Positions 26,601 through 40,200 of a stretch of DNA of 64,000 bases are shown here, one piece after another (the first letter of the stretch is position 1; every line of letters starts with the position of its first letter). The stretch covers positions 3,081,151 to 3,145,150 of the forward strand of contig CAJINV010000007.1 of assembly GCA_905178155.1 (NCBI GenBank), written 5' to 3'. Both the position numbers and the translations under genes were made by a program. The DNA is from Amoebophrya sp. A120. Lineage: Eukaryota > Protista > Dinoflagellata. The notes under the pieces were generated by a model. It was not told the DNA's origin and made no database searches. It saw only the letters and a program-made list of their open reading frames with translations.

Positions 26601-29600
26601 CAACGAGGTCATGAAAAAGAAGCCCTTAAATCTCGTCATGTTCCAAGACGCGATCGAGCACATGTGCAAAATTCTCCGGGTTTTGAAACTCCCCCGCGGG
26701 AACGCATTATTAGTCGGTGTCGGCGGGTCCGGGCGGCACTGCCAGACAAGGCTGGCGTGCTTCGTCGCGGATTACGAGTGCTTTAACATCGAAATCGACA
26801 AGTCCTACCGGCATGCGTCCTTTCGGGAGGACATCAAAAAGGTGTACGACAAGGCGGGCGTCAAGCAGGCGCCGACTTGCTTTTTGTACAGTGACACCGA
26901 GATTATTACGGAGTCTTTCTTGGAGGACGTGTCAAACGTTCTGTCGTCCGGTGAGGTGCCGAACCTGTACGCGGCGGACGAGCTGAGCGGCGTACTAAAC
27001 TCCTGCGAAAAAGCGGCAAAGGAGGCTTTGGGGTAGTAATGTGGTTGTGGCAAAAATCGTATGGGTCGTGAATGTGAGCCGATGTTATCTTACGCATACG
27101 CAGGTAGCTGCTCTGAGCATGACGTTGTTGAAGCTTGATTTAGATGTTGATCTTGGGCATAATTCAAAGAAACATACACAACTTCTAAAAACAGCATGCG
27201 CAACGTCTCGCCGGAGCAGCTTTATGGGTTCTTCGTTTCGTGTGTCCGCGAGAACCTGCACGTGGTCTTCTGCATGTCCCCAATCGGGTCCAGTTTCCGG
27301 AACTACTGCCGAATGTACCCGTCTCTGGTCTCCTGCACGACCATCAACTGGTTCCTGACGTGGCCGCCAGACGCGTTGACCGAGGTCGCCTTGAAGTTCT
27401 TGCAGGAGGGCGAGGACCCGATCAAGCCGGAGGTCGCAAACCCCCTCGCGGTCGTGTTCGGGCTGTCGCACACCGCGGTGATTCAGGCGAGTGACAAGAT
27501 GTTGCTGGAGCTGAAGCGAAACAATTACGTGACGCCAACCAACTACCTGGCGCTGGTCCAGGGCTACTGCAAAACGCTGAAAGAGAAGCAGGCCGCGGTC
27601 GGGGGGAACGCGGACAAGTTAAGGAACGGGTTGCACAAGTTGTCCGAGGCACGGGTGCAGGTCGAGGAGCTAGCCGTGGAGCTGGAGGTGAAGTCGGACA
27701 TCGTGGCGAAAAAGCAAAAGGAGTGCCAGGATCTGCTCATCGTCATCACGGAGAAGCGAATGGCGGCCGATGAGCAGCAGAAACAGGTTCATTACATACA
27801 GATAATTTTTTTCACTATTTGTATTTGATCATGTGGCCTTCTATATAACAGAACATTAGCAAAGGGAAAGGCTTGTGCTGCTGAAATAAATGCCTGTTTC
27901 GACACATCTTGGTCACAAACACAAACCCTGATGTTTCCATAATAGACAAATACCTACGTACTGGATAAATGAAACTCGGTCAGGTCGAATCGGATTCTGC
28001 CCGTATCGAGAAGGAGGCCGCAGAAACCAAGGTGCTGGCCGATGACGCCCAACGGGATTTGGCGAAGGCGATGCCGGCCATGGAGGCGGCGCTCGACGCC
28101 CTGGCCAAGTTGGACAAGAAGTCCATTTCCGAAGTGAAGGCCTACGCCAAGCTATCAAAAGGAAAAATCCCCCCTGCCCATATCGAAATGGAACTTTGTG
28201 ATGCTGTATTTGAGTACACAAATCAATTTGCATTGCTAGAAGGCCAAGAGACGCAGCTGCGGCCTCAATTGCAAGCAATTTGCGATCCTGTTTCCCAATT
28301 CCAGTTGCCTCCTGTCATGCTGGAGATGCAAAGCTTTCCCACGCTAGCCAGCACTACAGTCCGCATCTTTTGCCTTCTAGCATCGCAAAGCTGACTTGTG
28401 ACCACAAGTCTGCGTCACAGATTTCCGCTTTGATATGGGGACGAGGGGGCATTTTTCATTGTGATACAAGCCGCCGGAGATGGTGATGAAAACCATGAAC
28501 GCGGTGATGACCATCATGGATAAGCCGGCCAACTGGAACCAGGCGAAGACGGAACTGAACGACACGAGGTTTTTGGAGAAACTAAAGGAATTCGACAAGG
28601 ACCACATCCCGAACACAGTGCTGAAAAAGCTCGACAAGTTCATCAAGGACCCAACGTTCACCCCCCCACAGGTTTCCAAAGTCTCCCTCGCAGCCGGCGC
28701 GTTGTGTCAGTGGGTGCACGCCATGAACATCTACGCCGCGGTCGCCCGCGAGGTCGAACCCAAGCGGCTGAAGCTGAAGCTGGCGCAGACGGCGCTGGAG
28801 AAGAAGCTGGAGTTTTTGGAAAACGCGCGGGAACAACTGGCCGAGGTGCAGCGGAACGTGCAGGAACTGAAGGACTTGTACGAGAATTCCACCCGGGAAA
28901 AAGAGGAAATCACGCAGACGGCGGAGGATTTGAAGATCAAGGCGGAACGCGCCGACAAGCTCGTGAACGGGCTCGCGGGGGAGAAAATCCGGTGGGAGGA
29001 ATCTTTGAAGAAGCTCGATGTCGACATCGGCAACCTGTTCGGCGACGTCGCCATCGCCGCCGCGTTTCTGTCCTACGCCGGACCGTTCGGCGCGAAGTAC
29101 CGACAGGTTTTGGTGGAGGAGAAGTGGGTCGCGCCGGTGTTGGAGTACGAAATTCCAGTGACCGACGGCTTCAACTTCGTCGATTTCCTCGCGGACCCGG
29201 CGGCGGTCCGCACGTGGAACGTGCAGGGCCTGCCCACCGACGCGTTTTCGACCGAAAACGGAATCTTGGTGACGCGAGGCTCGCGGTGGGCGCTGATGAT
29301 CGACCCGCAGAACCAGGGCAACAAGTGGATCCGAAAGATGGAGGGGCCACAAGGGCTACACGTGTTCGACCCCAACACCACCGGGTTCATGCGCACGCTT
29401 GAGCGGGCGATCGAGTTCGGCACGCCGTGCATGATGGAGAACGTGAAGGAGGAGCTGGACCCGTCGCTCGAGCCGGTGTTGGCCAAGAACATTATTTCGT
29501 CCGGCGGGTCGCTGTCGATCAAGATCGGCGAGAACACGCTGGATTACAACATCAACTTCAAGTTTTACCTGACGACTAAATTGTCCAACCCGCACTACAC

Positions 29601-32600
29601 GCCCGAGGTGTCCACGAAAACCACGATCGTGAACTTCATCGTGGTGGAGGAGGGCCTGACGGACCAGATGTTGGGGATAGTCGTGTTGAAGGAGGAGGCG
29701 CGCTTGGAACGGGAGAGGAACGAACTCGTCGTGAAAGTGGCAAACGGGAAAAACCGGCTGGTCGAGTTGGAGAACGAAATTCTGAGGCTTTTGTCCGAGG
29801 CGAAGGGGTCGCTGTTGGACGATCTCAACTTGATCAACACGCTGCAAGAGTCGAAGACGATCTCGGAGGCGGTCACGGAACAGGTGCGCGTCGCGGTCAC
29901 GACGATGGTAAAAATCGACGCGGCGCGCGAAAACTACCGACCGTGCGGGTTGCGAGCCGCGATTTTGTACTTCGTGTTGAACGATTTGGTCACCGTGGAT
30001 CCGATGTACCAATTTTCGCTAGAGGCCTACGAGAAGCTGTTTATCATGTCCATCGAAAAGTCCGCGGACAAGGGCGGCGGCGCGAGCAATGTGGAGGACC
30101 GAGTGGAAATCCTGAATGCCTACCACAGTCTGGCTTTGTACAAGTACGCGTGCCGGGGGCTGTTTGAGCGACACAAGTTGATGCTCTCGATCCACATCGC
30201 GAACAAAATTCTCCGCTCGATGGACGACTGGAATGACGAGGAGTACACGTTTTTCCTGCGTGGCGGTCAGGTGCTCGACCGGTCCATCCAGGCCTCGAAC
30301 CCGGCGCCGGAGTGGATCACCCAGCAGATGTGGGACAACATCACGGAGCTAGACGCGAACGTGGAGGCCTTTCGCGGGTTTCAGCGATCGCTGGAGCAGA
30401 CCCTGCGGGACTGGAAGAAGTGGTTTGCGTTGGGGGAGCCGGAGAAAGAGCCTCTGCCCGGGGAGTGGGACGCGAAGTTAGGGCCGCTGCAGAAAATGGT
30501 GGTGGTCAGGTATTAAGTGGTTTTCAGTTTGTCGTGTTAGTGTTATTTGGATTCTTTTTCTGTCGTGCCATTAAGTACTCTTCCAGGCCACCGCCCATTC
30601 TTTTGTCAGCAACCGCGAAAATCGAGGTCAGAACAAAAAGAAAAACGACCAAACGACCCCAATTCCTCCTCAGGTGTCTCCGTCTCGACCGCGCTCTCCC
30701 GGCGATCTCAGTGTTCGTGTCTTCCAAGCTGGATGCGAAGTTCGTCGAGCCCCCGCCCTTCGACCTGGGCGCGGTCTTCGACGAGTCACAAGCGGACGTG
30801 CCCCTGCTGTTCATCCTGACCCCGGGCGTGGATCCCACCCCGATGCTCGCCGCCCTCGCTGCGCAGCGGAATCTGCAGTGGTCCACGATTTCGCTCGGAC
30901 AGGGCCAGGCACCGAAAGCGACGAAACTGACAGTAGACGCGGCGAAGAACGGCAGCTGGGCGCTGTTGGCGAACTGCCACTTGTCCGCCTCCTGGCTGCC
31001 AGAACTGGAGAAGTTGTTCGAGAAGATCGCGAACGAGAAACCGCACCCGGACTTCCGACTCTGGCTCTCCTCCAGTCCGACTCGAGTCTTCCCCATCGCG
31101 TTACTGCAGAAGTGCATCAAGATGGTCACGGAGCCGCCAAAGGGACTGAAGGCGAACTGCAACCGGTTGGTGGCAAACATGGACCCGGCGTTGTACAACA
31201 GGGTGAAAGAAACGTTCAAATACAGGAGATTGTTCTTCTCGCTCGTCTGGTTCCACGCAATCTTACTCGAGAGAAAAAAGTTCCGCTCGCTCGGATGGAA
31301 CAACCCCTACGACTTCAACGATAGCGATTTCGACATCTGCGAGAATATTCTCGGCATGTATCTTGACGAGTACCCACACGAAGTCCAGTGGGAGGCGATC
31401 AAATACCTTATCGCGGAGGCCAACTACGGCGGTCGGGTGACGCAGGCGCCAGATAACCGGGTGCTCCGCGCGTACGTGAACGACTTTTTCTGTCCGGCGG
31501 CGATTCAGAACAACAAGTTCTACTTCTCGCCGTTGCCAACGTATTACATCCCGGAGGACAACACTTTGCAAGCCTACGCGACCTTGATAAAGGAATGGCC
31601 CCTGGCGGAACAGCCGGAAGCCTTCGGACAGCACGTCAACGCGGAGATCAGTTCGGCGCTGGCCGAGTCACAGGACACGCTGCTGATCCTGACCGGGATG
31701 CAGGGCGGCGGCGGAGGCGGCGGGAAGGGGAAGTCGATGGACGAGCTAGTGTTTGACCAGACGAGAATGCTGCTCGATACCCTACCGGACAACATTGACT
31801 GGGACGAGGTGGCGAAGTTCAACGAGCGGGACAACTCGCCGTATAAGGTGGTGCTTCTACAGGAGATAGAACGCTACAACTTGCTTCTCGTCAAGGTGCG
31901 GGCGAACTTGAAGGAGCTGCAGAAGGGGATCCAGGGGCTAGTGGTCATTTCGGAGGAACAGGAACTGGTGTTCAACGCCTTATTCGAGGGTAGAATACCG
32001 GACAGCTGGATGTTTGCCTACCCCAGTATGAAGCCGCTCTCCAGCTGGATGCCGGATCTGGTTCTCAGGATCCAGTGCTTCGTCAAGTGGGGCTTGGAAG
32101 AGATGCCAATCGTCTTTTGGCTCGCCAGCTTCACCTACCCAACCGGTATTGTTAGGATTCATGTGTGCTTGATTTACCATACTTCTTTTGCTTTTGTGGG
32201 ACAGTCGTGCATAAAGACGCAGTTACTGTTTGACTTCATTATTTTTTGGGGCTGAGGCTGAGCAGACGCATCTTGAAAATAAACTCCAGGTTTTCTGACC
32301 GCGTGTCTCCAGTTTTCCGCGCGGAAGAACACCATTGCGGTTGATCAACTTGCGTTTGACTTTTTGGTCCAACCGACACCCGACGAAGCGCAAATCACGG
32401 CTGCGCCCAAGGAGGGCGCGTACGTGCGGGGGTTGATCATCGAGGGTGGCCGCTGGGACTATGAAACGATGGCGCTTGCCGACGCAGAGCCGATGATGCT
32501 CTACTCTTTAATGCCAATTATCATGTTCAAGCCCATCGTGAAGAAGAAGGCGGCCGGGAACGACATGTACCAGTGCCCGCTCTACGCGTACCCGAACCGC

Positions 32601-32714
32601 GTCGGGTCCCCCACGCGTGCGTCCTTCCAGATCTACGTCGAGTTGAAATCTGGCGCGTATGACCCAGGCTTCTGGATCAAGCGCGGGACGGCCATGTTGC
32701 TAGCGACGGCATAA
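14660..32714 (+). CDS. DNAH2: Axonemal dynein heavy chain, inner-arm I1/f beta type (DNAH2/DHC10-like), ~4,621 aa
   Basis: P-loops GPAGTGKT, GNTLGGKT, GMTGTGKT, GVGGSGR; also [65 protein letters not shown] and C-terminal WIKRGTA. Removing 11 introners and 6 GT-AG introns (16359-16527, 19744-19879, 27033-27194, 27787-27983, 30510-30673, 32146-32289) gives a 13,866-nt open frame. Confidence 0.93.
14772..15030. mobile_element. Introner, family A (259 nt), TSD GGATG
   Basis: Family-A TIRs. Join NED|AKSLFVW. Interior is the reverse complement of 17770/34809/35785-type copies. Confidence 0.95.
15512..15833. mobile_element. Introner, family B (322 nt), TSD AGGAC
   Basis: TIR TATTAAGAGGAAAAATCCCCCCACCCCATATCG / CGATATGGGGAGGGGGGATTTTTCCCTCTGATA. 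Join AKD|KTIVPRLE. Confidence 0.95.
15905..16237. mobile_element. Degenerate introner, family B (333 nt), TSD TCACC/TGACC
   Basis: Eroded TIRs; interior resembles 36092-36396. Join IKEVT|SSQQE...GPLDEIDFW. Confidence 0.85.
17069..17347. mobile_element. Introner, family C (279 nt), TSD CGGAG, perfect 32-bp TIR
   Basis: TATCCTGAGTAAAAACGTACCCACACCAGAGT and its exact reverse complement. Join NFSE|GTIFAQID. Confidence 0.97.
17399..17704. mobile_element. Introner, family B (306 nt), TSD CTGCG
   Basis: TIR TATTACAATGAAAAATGCCCCCACCCC / GGGGTGGGGGGCACTTTTCACTGTAATA. Join QRCC|DLLE. Closely similar to 38631-38935. Confidence 0.95.
17770..18039. mobile_element. Introner, family A (270 nt), TSD CCACA
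   Basis: Family-A-like TIRs. Join RGH|NQEIDSDQM. Confidence 0.93.
19416..19662. mobile_element. Old/degenerate introner (247 nt), TSD AAATT/AAGCT
   Basis: Ends TATCGAAGCTGAATTT / AAAATTTCGTTCCGATA. Removing 252 nt gives QQWRx|FVDKIDRLLEDAL in frame. Confidence 0.75.
19990..20272. mobile_element. Introner, family C (283 nt), TSD GGAGC
   Basis: TIR TATCCTGTGTAAAAACGTCCCCACCCCA / TGGGGTGGGGAAGGTTTTACATATGATA. Join LKEL|LQTVC. Reverse relative of 49449-49748. Confidence 0.95.
20873..21098. mobile_element. Introner, family D (226 nt), TSD TTCGA/GTCGA
   Basis: TIR TATGAGAGTGAACAACTCCCC / GAGAGTTGTGCACTCTCATA. Join YKYFE|DTCL. Reverse relative of 56939-57222. Confidence 0.93.
25761..26083. mobile_element. 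Introner, family B (323 nt), TSD AGGTG
   Basis: TIR TATCAAAATGAAAAATGCCCACTCCCCATA / TATGGGGAGGGGAGATTTTTCCTCACAATA. Join EAQV|KRIY. Confidence 0.95.
28153..28466. mobile_element. Introner, family B (314 nt), TSD CAAGC
   Basis: Family-B TIRs. Join YAK|PPEMV in the dynein stalk. Sister copy of 4411-4731. Confidence 0.95.
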
Positions 32715-34287
32715 TGGAAGATCCGTGCCCGTGGTGTGGTAGGCGTAGGTAGTGTTCTTGTCCTCGGAATAAACTCATTTTAAACCGATTTCTGAATAGT
32801 CGTTTACTTGATGCTGAAAATACAGATGAAGATTTGATGCAAAAACATTCGAAATATTACTTGCTTAACATCCATTAACAACAGGGCACCAGTAGTGAAG
32901 GCCCAAAGATTACAATAAGGTTGCTTGCTTTGAACTTTATGCAGAATTTCTCGTCTCGATTTGAGAACTAGATAGACGCATTTCTTTCGCAATGATTTAC
33001 TCTGAGACACAATCTAGAACCCTCTTATCTTTTATCTTCGAAACGAAAGGTTGGTAGCTGCGGCACTGTTGTTCCAGCGCCAATGTGGTAGATGATTTGC
33101 TATTGCTAGAACACCGAAAATGCACGCCGAAATTAAATCAAAAATTATCTTCGGAAGATTTGGTTTGATTCGTTACGAACAGAAATGATACGAATGAATT
33201 TTTGTTGCTTGTTTCTGACCTTGACTAATATGAATAGTTCGCACATCATGATCTCAGGCGCATTTTGCGGCTATGTGCGAAGATATTCAGACTTTGAGCT
33301 TCATTCTGTGATTTCCATAGCTTAGTTTGTGAAAAATATTAAAGGCCGACAGCAATCGATGTTGTCCTCTCCGTCGTTTAGTGGCACCAGCTGCGACGGA
33401 GATTGATTGCAGCGTGCACCGTGCGGCGCGTGTTCTTTCTGAAGAAGTGTTTTTCCTGTGTTGCGAGTGATGAAGTCGCTTGGTGCTTAATCTGACGAAA
33501 AATAAGTAGGGAAAAATAATCACGCCGAGGCCGACGCGTCAAGGAATCAGAAATACTTCAGAGGTTCGAATGTTATGTCAACACGTCCTTTCCTTAGATG
33601 GTCTCCAGTCCTGGATGAGTATCGTCCTTCCCGCCCTTGATTTCGTGATGCTGTGGCTCTCTCTGCCTCGTGAAGGTGATGTGATGATGAAGCAAGCTGG
33701 GTGATGGATTCGGCGGTGACACGACTTTTTACCACAGGAATTCTTTTCGGAAGGAATTCATTTCGTTGTGTTGTGAAGCTGTGATTTTGATGGGTTTGAA
33801 TTGCCCGTACGTTGTCGTTGTGAAGACTGTGTAGCTTCTGTCTACGGTTCTTGGTGATCATGCAGCTATCGTATTCCTGTATTTCAATCTGTCACGCTTC
33901 CTGTAGCTGCTGTTTCCTAAGGTAGATCATTAGAAATTTTGACTTTTGTGTTAAACTAACACTCTGTCCCAGCAGTCCCAGTCGAACCGCGAACGGAACA
34001 CAAAAAATGGTCGCCTTTATTGCACAGAAAAATGTTGGATGACTTTTGGTCGGACGCACCGGCTTTCCTCAGTCTTCACTAGGAAAGTACTGACTGCGTT
34101 TCTGCCCAAGGGAACCAAGAGCGGCCCTCCTTCTGCTCTTGACGTCGGACCAGCGCTGCTCAAGGAATTAGGTCGACAAGTAAAATTCGTACCGTTTGAT
34201 TCAAATTCTGCAGTTCCCGCGCCGTTTGTCCGAGTCTGTGCAACATTTCAGAATTTTGTTGGCGCCGTGTTCCCTCCATCCAGCACG

Positions 34288-37200
34288 ATGAAACGCACCC
34301 GCGAGCAGGACAATACTTTCCCGACGGTGCTGCCGACCGGACAGCCGCAGGACGGGGTATTAAACCAGCAAGTTACAACGACCGACGGGAGAGGCAATGG
34401 CGGCCCCAGAAGAAAACTCGATCCGGCGAACCAGGTTCTTGCAGCGGGCCCGTCGATATCAACTGTAAAAATGTCTGGGTCTGGAAATTTGTGATGCTAA
34501 AATGTGCAAGAGGAGGTCACTTGCTTATGCCGGAAAGCATGACAAGGTTGCAGCACGCTTTCTCATACGAACTCCGCATGAGAAACTGCGTTTTTGTATG
34601 ACAGAAGAGGCTACCACTGTTCTTGGTCATGCAATACAGATTTCACAGCAATGCAAGACCCGCATTACAAGTTCCAACTTTCCAGACCCAGACACTTTTA
34701 CGATCCATAGTCAACCGGTGTGGCTGAGCAGCCAGGGGCGGTTCCCAGTCCGGCGCGAGCGGTGCTTTCCGGCACCTCTGCGGCAACCAGTAGCTCGGCG
34801 GCAAGGCCTATCAACTGTAAAAATGTCTGGGTCTGGAAGATTTCTAGACTTGTCATGCAGGTTTTGCATGAGTCTTGATGTCTGTGATGCGTGCCCTAGC
34901 ATCACAGATTTTTTGAGGCCTTCTTGATGCCTATTCCGCATTACAAATGCCATCTCCGCGTAGCAAAAATCACATTCCCTTGGCTGCTCATGCAATACAG
35001 ATTTTTTTGCAATCCAAATGCAGCATCACAAGTTCCAGTCTTCCAGACCCAGACAGTTTTACATTTGATAAGGCCGCCCGGAACGCAAGATGTGGATGTG
35101 GGCGAAGAGATCGCGACGCGGATGAAAATGCTGGCGGAAAAGCATAAAAACGACCTCTACCGGTATAGCGAAAGTTGTGCGAAGTAGAAAGATTTATTGT
35201 TCAGATCAGAAATGTTAAAAATGATGTTTTTTTGTATCTTTTTTGTCTATTGTGATTGTCATTTTTGTTCCACCCACCATTTTCATTATCGCGTAAACTA
35301 CGAACTTAAGCACAAAAAATCCACAGCTGCACCCGCGCGAAAGTGGTAAAGGCCGGACTTCCGAATCCACGTAACGCGGATGCGGTCGGCTTCCAGCTTC
35401 TCGGCGAAGACGGCAAGCACTTCCACGTGACCTTGCTTGACAGTTGGGCGGAAGAGTGGAAAAACGCAAAGTGGACGCTCGAAAAGGGGGACATCGTGCA
35501 TTTGATCGGCGACCCGCCCATGTACAAGTTGATCGAGAAGCACAAGCACTGCGAAATCTCCGATCGGGCGGAGCACCAGTACCGGATGCTGTGCTTCCAT
35601 CCAGATATTCTGCTCACCGGTACTGCGGTCTCCAACGCGCTCTCCTGCAGGAGGTACGCGTTGATTGCGTACGAAATCGGGGAGAACATGGCCTCCACGT
35701 CCGCGGGGTCGCGGGCTTTGGTGGTCGGAAACATCGTGCACGCGGCTCTCCAATACGCCATGGCCTGTCAGGATTTCACGGACGTATCAAATGTAAAAAT
35801 GTCTGGGTCTGGAAGATTCTGAGATTTGTCATGCATGTTTTGCATGACCCAGGATGTCTGTAATGCACGACCGCGCATCACAGATTTTGAGCGGGCTTCC
35901 TGATTCCTACTCAGCATGACAAACGCCCTCCCCGCGTAGCACAAACTAGACTCCTCTTGCTGGTCATGCAATACAGATGTTTCTAGAGTCCAAAGCTAGC
36001 ATTACATCTTCCAGACCCAGACATTTTTACATTTGATAGGACGTGTTTATTGACAACACGTTGCGCGAGGAGATCGACAAAAACCTCGTCGTATTGGAAT
36101 GAAAAATGCCCCCACCCCGGAATTTGGAAAAGGTTCTCATGCAAAGTTTCCAAATGAAAGCTTTTTGTCTTGCGTGAAAGGACTACGAGCCTTTCTGATC
36201 CGGAATCTAGGGGCGCAATGTATCTTCTGCATAACAGATCCGGCTACTCATGTGCTCCTTTGCAACACAGATTTGAGCTATTCAGCATGGAGAATTTGTG
36301 ATGCTGATATATGCAAGGCGGGGAATGTTTCCATTGGAAAGGTTTGCAGTACAAATGCTGACAAGTTCTGGGGTGGGGGCATTTGTCACTGTAATACGTC
36401 GATCTGTGGCGGTTGAAGATCTCGACCGACGAGATGTTCAAGGACTGCCGACAGCGGTTGCGGAACGCGACGGACTGGGTATCAAATGCAAATAGATCTG
36501 GGTCTGGAAACTTCTGATGCTACAATGTGGATGACGGGAACACCTCCGAGTACAGCCCAGCATGACAACTTTCTAGAACGCCTTCTCATAGGCACCCCGC
36601 ATGAGAAACTGTGTTTCTGCACGATGACAAAAGAAGCTGCGACTTTTGTTGGTTATGCAGTACAGATATCCACCCAGGGAAGTAAGACTAGCAGTACAAG
36701 TTCCACCTTTCCAGACCCAGACACAGTTGCATTTGATACTGGGCCCAGCAGTACTACTTGCCGCTGGACAGCGTGAAAGTGGTCGCGAAAGCGGGCGGCC
36801 GGGATAAGCCGAAGATCGCGCACTTGATCGGGAACGAGCAGAACGTGTGCTCGCACAGGTTTGGTTTGAAGGGGAAATTAGACGGGCTGGTGAAGACGGA
36901 TTCCAACAAGACCTCCGCTCTGGAGATAAAAACGGGAAAAATCAAAACCGAGCACGTCGGGCAGATCACGGTCTATTACCTTCTTCTCTGCGACCTCGTG
37001 AACCAACAGCTGGAGAAGGAGTTGCAGGCCTGTTCCGACGAGGGGCTGCTGTTGTATCCGCACAAAGACTATCAAATGTAAAAATGTCTGGGTCTGGAAG
37101 AATGCGCGATTTGTCATGCAGCTTTTCCATGACCCATGAGGTGTGGAATGCAGGACCTAGCATGACAGATTCTGTGCGATCTTTCTCATGCCTATCCTGC

Positions 37201-40200
37201 ATGAGAAGCTGCCTCCCGACTTGGTCAAAACTGGACGACTTTTGGTAATCATGCAACACAGATTTTTGCATGCTGCAGATTTAGCATGACAAGTTGCATT
37301 CTTCCAGACCCAGACATTTTTACATTTGATAAGGACCAGTTCACGTATGATGCGAAAAAGATCTCCCGGTTCGACATCCGCGCGATCATGCAGATCCGGA
37401 ACATGCTGGCGTCGACGCAGCAACGGAGGCGGCAAACGCTGGAGGAGGGGAAACTTCGCGGGCCGATCTGGCCTCCGATGATTGACCGGGAGAACGGGGA
37501 AGAACCGTCGGAGTGTCGCCGGTGCTTCCGCCAGAGCCACTGCTACACATTGGCGGCGAGCTGCGAGCAGAAGAAGGAGTTGAAGCCCGATATGGATCCC
37601 CGGGTGGCGAAGTACATCCAGAATTGGCTCATGGTGATCGACGCAGAGGAGGTGTTGAGTGCGAAAGCCAAGGAACGATCTTGGCGGACGAACACGAGTT
37701 TGGGTCGAGACAATAACGGTGGGAAGAACAACATTAAAGGATCTGCCGCACAGGACGACGTAATCAAAAAATTGCAGTTCGGGAAACCGGATAGCGGAAC
37801 ATCAACAGCTTCAAACGGTGCGACTACAAGCTCTTCCTCGAGCAAGAATCAAGAGCATATCCCGCCGGCGGGCACGAATAAAGATGATGACCGCGGGTGT
37901 GGGCTCCGGTATTTGCAGTTTGAAACCGCGAGACTCGTGGACGCGCATAGTAGCGACCATTTCTTCCAGGACAACGCCGCCATGGCAAATCAGGAGCAGA
38001 TTTGTCACTGGGTCTTCACCGTGCCAGAGTCGGAAGCGGAGGCGAAGTTGAAAGCACTGCAGCCATCGTCCGTTGGAACTACTGCAACCGCTGAAGAAGG
38101 TGCTGGTCTTCAGAATTCTATTTCCGGACGAGGTCATCTTCAACATGCTGCTGGCACAACTTCCTCCTTCCCGATCGCCTCCCCCGGCCCCCCACGTGGG
38201 AGTCAGATCGATCTCGAAGACTACGGCATCGCGGCGGATGGAACTACTACAACAAAAAAAGCAAATCTAAAGCCCCCGGACGAGAATACCAAGAAACTGG
38301 TCGAGGATCTTCTCACGCTGCCCTTCACCGTCGGCTATCAAATGCAAAAATGTCTGGGTCTGGAAGAATGCAAGTTTGTCATGCTTGTCTGGCATGACTC
38401 GAGAATCTGTGTTGCATAGGCACGAAAAAGCTCTCTTACCTGTCATGCAAAGACGCAGTTTGCCATGCGGAATACGTAAGACATAGCAGCCAAAAAATTT
38501 GTCATGCATAGCTGCGTATTGCAGTGCGTCTATCATTCACTTTTAGCATTACAAGTTTCCACACCCAGCAGACATATTTGCAATCCATATCGGCGAGCAG
38601 GTGACCATTTCCCGCGAGCCGGAGGGGCCTTATCAAGGTGAAAAATGCCCCCAACCCCGAACTTGGGAGCATTTGTATTGCAAACCTTTCCAAATGAAAC
38701 ATTCGCCCTCTTGCATCTATCAGCATCACAGATTTTCAATCGTGAATAGCAAAAATTTGTATTGCAAAAGACCCCAGCAAGAGTGGCGCTTGTCATGCAA
38801 GCGATGCGATACACGCCTAGACTCTGCATCAGAAAGATTCGTACTTCTTTCATGCATGACAAAAAGTTTGCATTTGGAAACTTCGCATCACAAATTTTTG
38901 CGACTTTGGGGGTGGGGGCATTTTTCACTGTAATAGGCCTTACGCCTTGTTTTCCGCGGAGGTGGTGGAGATGGATCTGAAAACCCGGAGAATTGTTGTG
39001 AAGCCGCGCATGGAAATATCCTATTTAGAAACGTCCCCACCCCATAGTTGTAATGCAAATCTACATGCTGAAAATGTTTCTCATGCGGAGCCCCATGAGA
39101 AGCAGTTTCTAGTCGTTTTTTGAAATTTGTCATGCTCCAATCAGCATGGTGTGCTAGGTCTGTGATGCTGCTGAGCTAGCTCAAACAGCACTACACTACG
39201 AGTCCAAATTTGTGATGCAAAACAGCCAAAACTTGTGGATTTGTCTAGCCGATTCCCCATCTTGACTATGGTGTGGGGACATTTTTACTCAGGATAGGAA
39301 ATCGCGGCGCAGCTGAAAACCAAGACCGGGGCGCAGATGTGCGCGACGCAGCTGGCGGACATCGAAGATCTGCAAAAGGCGCCGTCGCAGATGACGAACA
39401 AGGAAGTAGAGAATGCCCCCAACCTAAAAGTATCGGCTGATGCAGCCATGGAGATCGAGAAAATCGGCAACACGGCCTTGTCGGGAAACGACTTCTACCG
39501 CATGGACAAGGACGAATACGGTGGGGGCTTTCAGAAGATCCGCGGGGATTTGATGCAACTGGTTTGCGTTTCGGAGCTCGATAACCCCTTCGTGGGGAAG
39601 ATAAAACGGAAGTTGATTTTCCTCGAACCGCCGGAGTTTTCGGATCAGGAAATCGATGTGGACGCGCAAAGAATGGTAGTGCCCGGGCAGCAAGTGCCGG
39701 GTGAGAAGGAGCTTTTACTTTTTTGGTTGCGATAGAAGATTTTCGTTTGAAGATTATAGTAGCATTGGCGATGAATCATATCAATCTCAATGTACTACGT
39801 AAATCGGACTAAAGGAATAAGCTCCAATCATAAATCAAGTAGCTACGCACAACACAGTTTCCTACCGCGCCAAACTCCTCCCCACCGACATCGCGCCACA
39901 CAAGGGATGCCTGGAGCAATGGAACCGAATGAACGACACGCAGAAGGCCGTAGTGGAAAAGTGCTTCAAGGCGGAGGACTACTGCGTGGTGCAGGGCTAC
40001 CCGGGGACCGGAAAAACAGAGGTCTTGGCGAATTTGCTGGAGCTGTATCTGAGATCCGGAAAGCGCGTCCTCTTCTGCGCCTACACCAACGCGGCCGTGG
40101 ACAACGGTTTGCTGCGGTTGCTGAGAAACCAGGAAAACAACAACCAGAAAGAGCCTTTGTCCATCCTCCGCCTCGGCGCGGAGACGAAGGTGCACACTTT

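Noticed and set aside
17864-31834. Long minus-strand and alternate-frame ORFs over the dynein gene (e.g. 23049-24224, 24552-25766)
   Set aside because: Shadow ORFs of GC3-rich coding sequence with no recognisable motifs.
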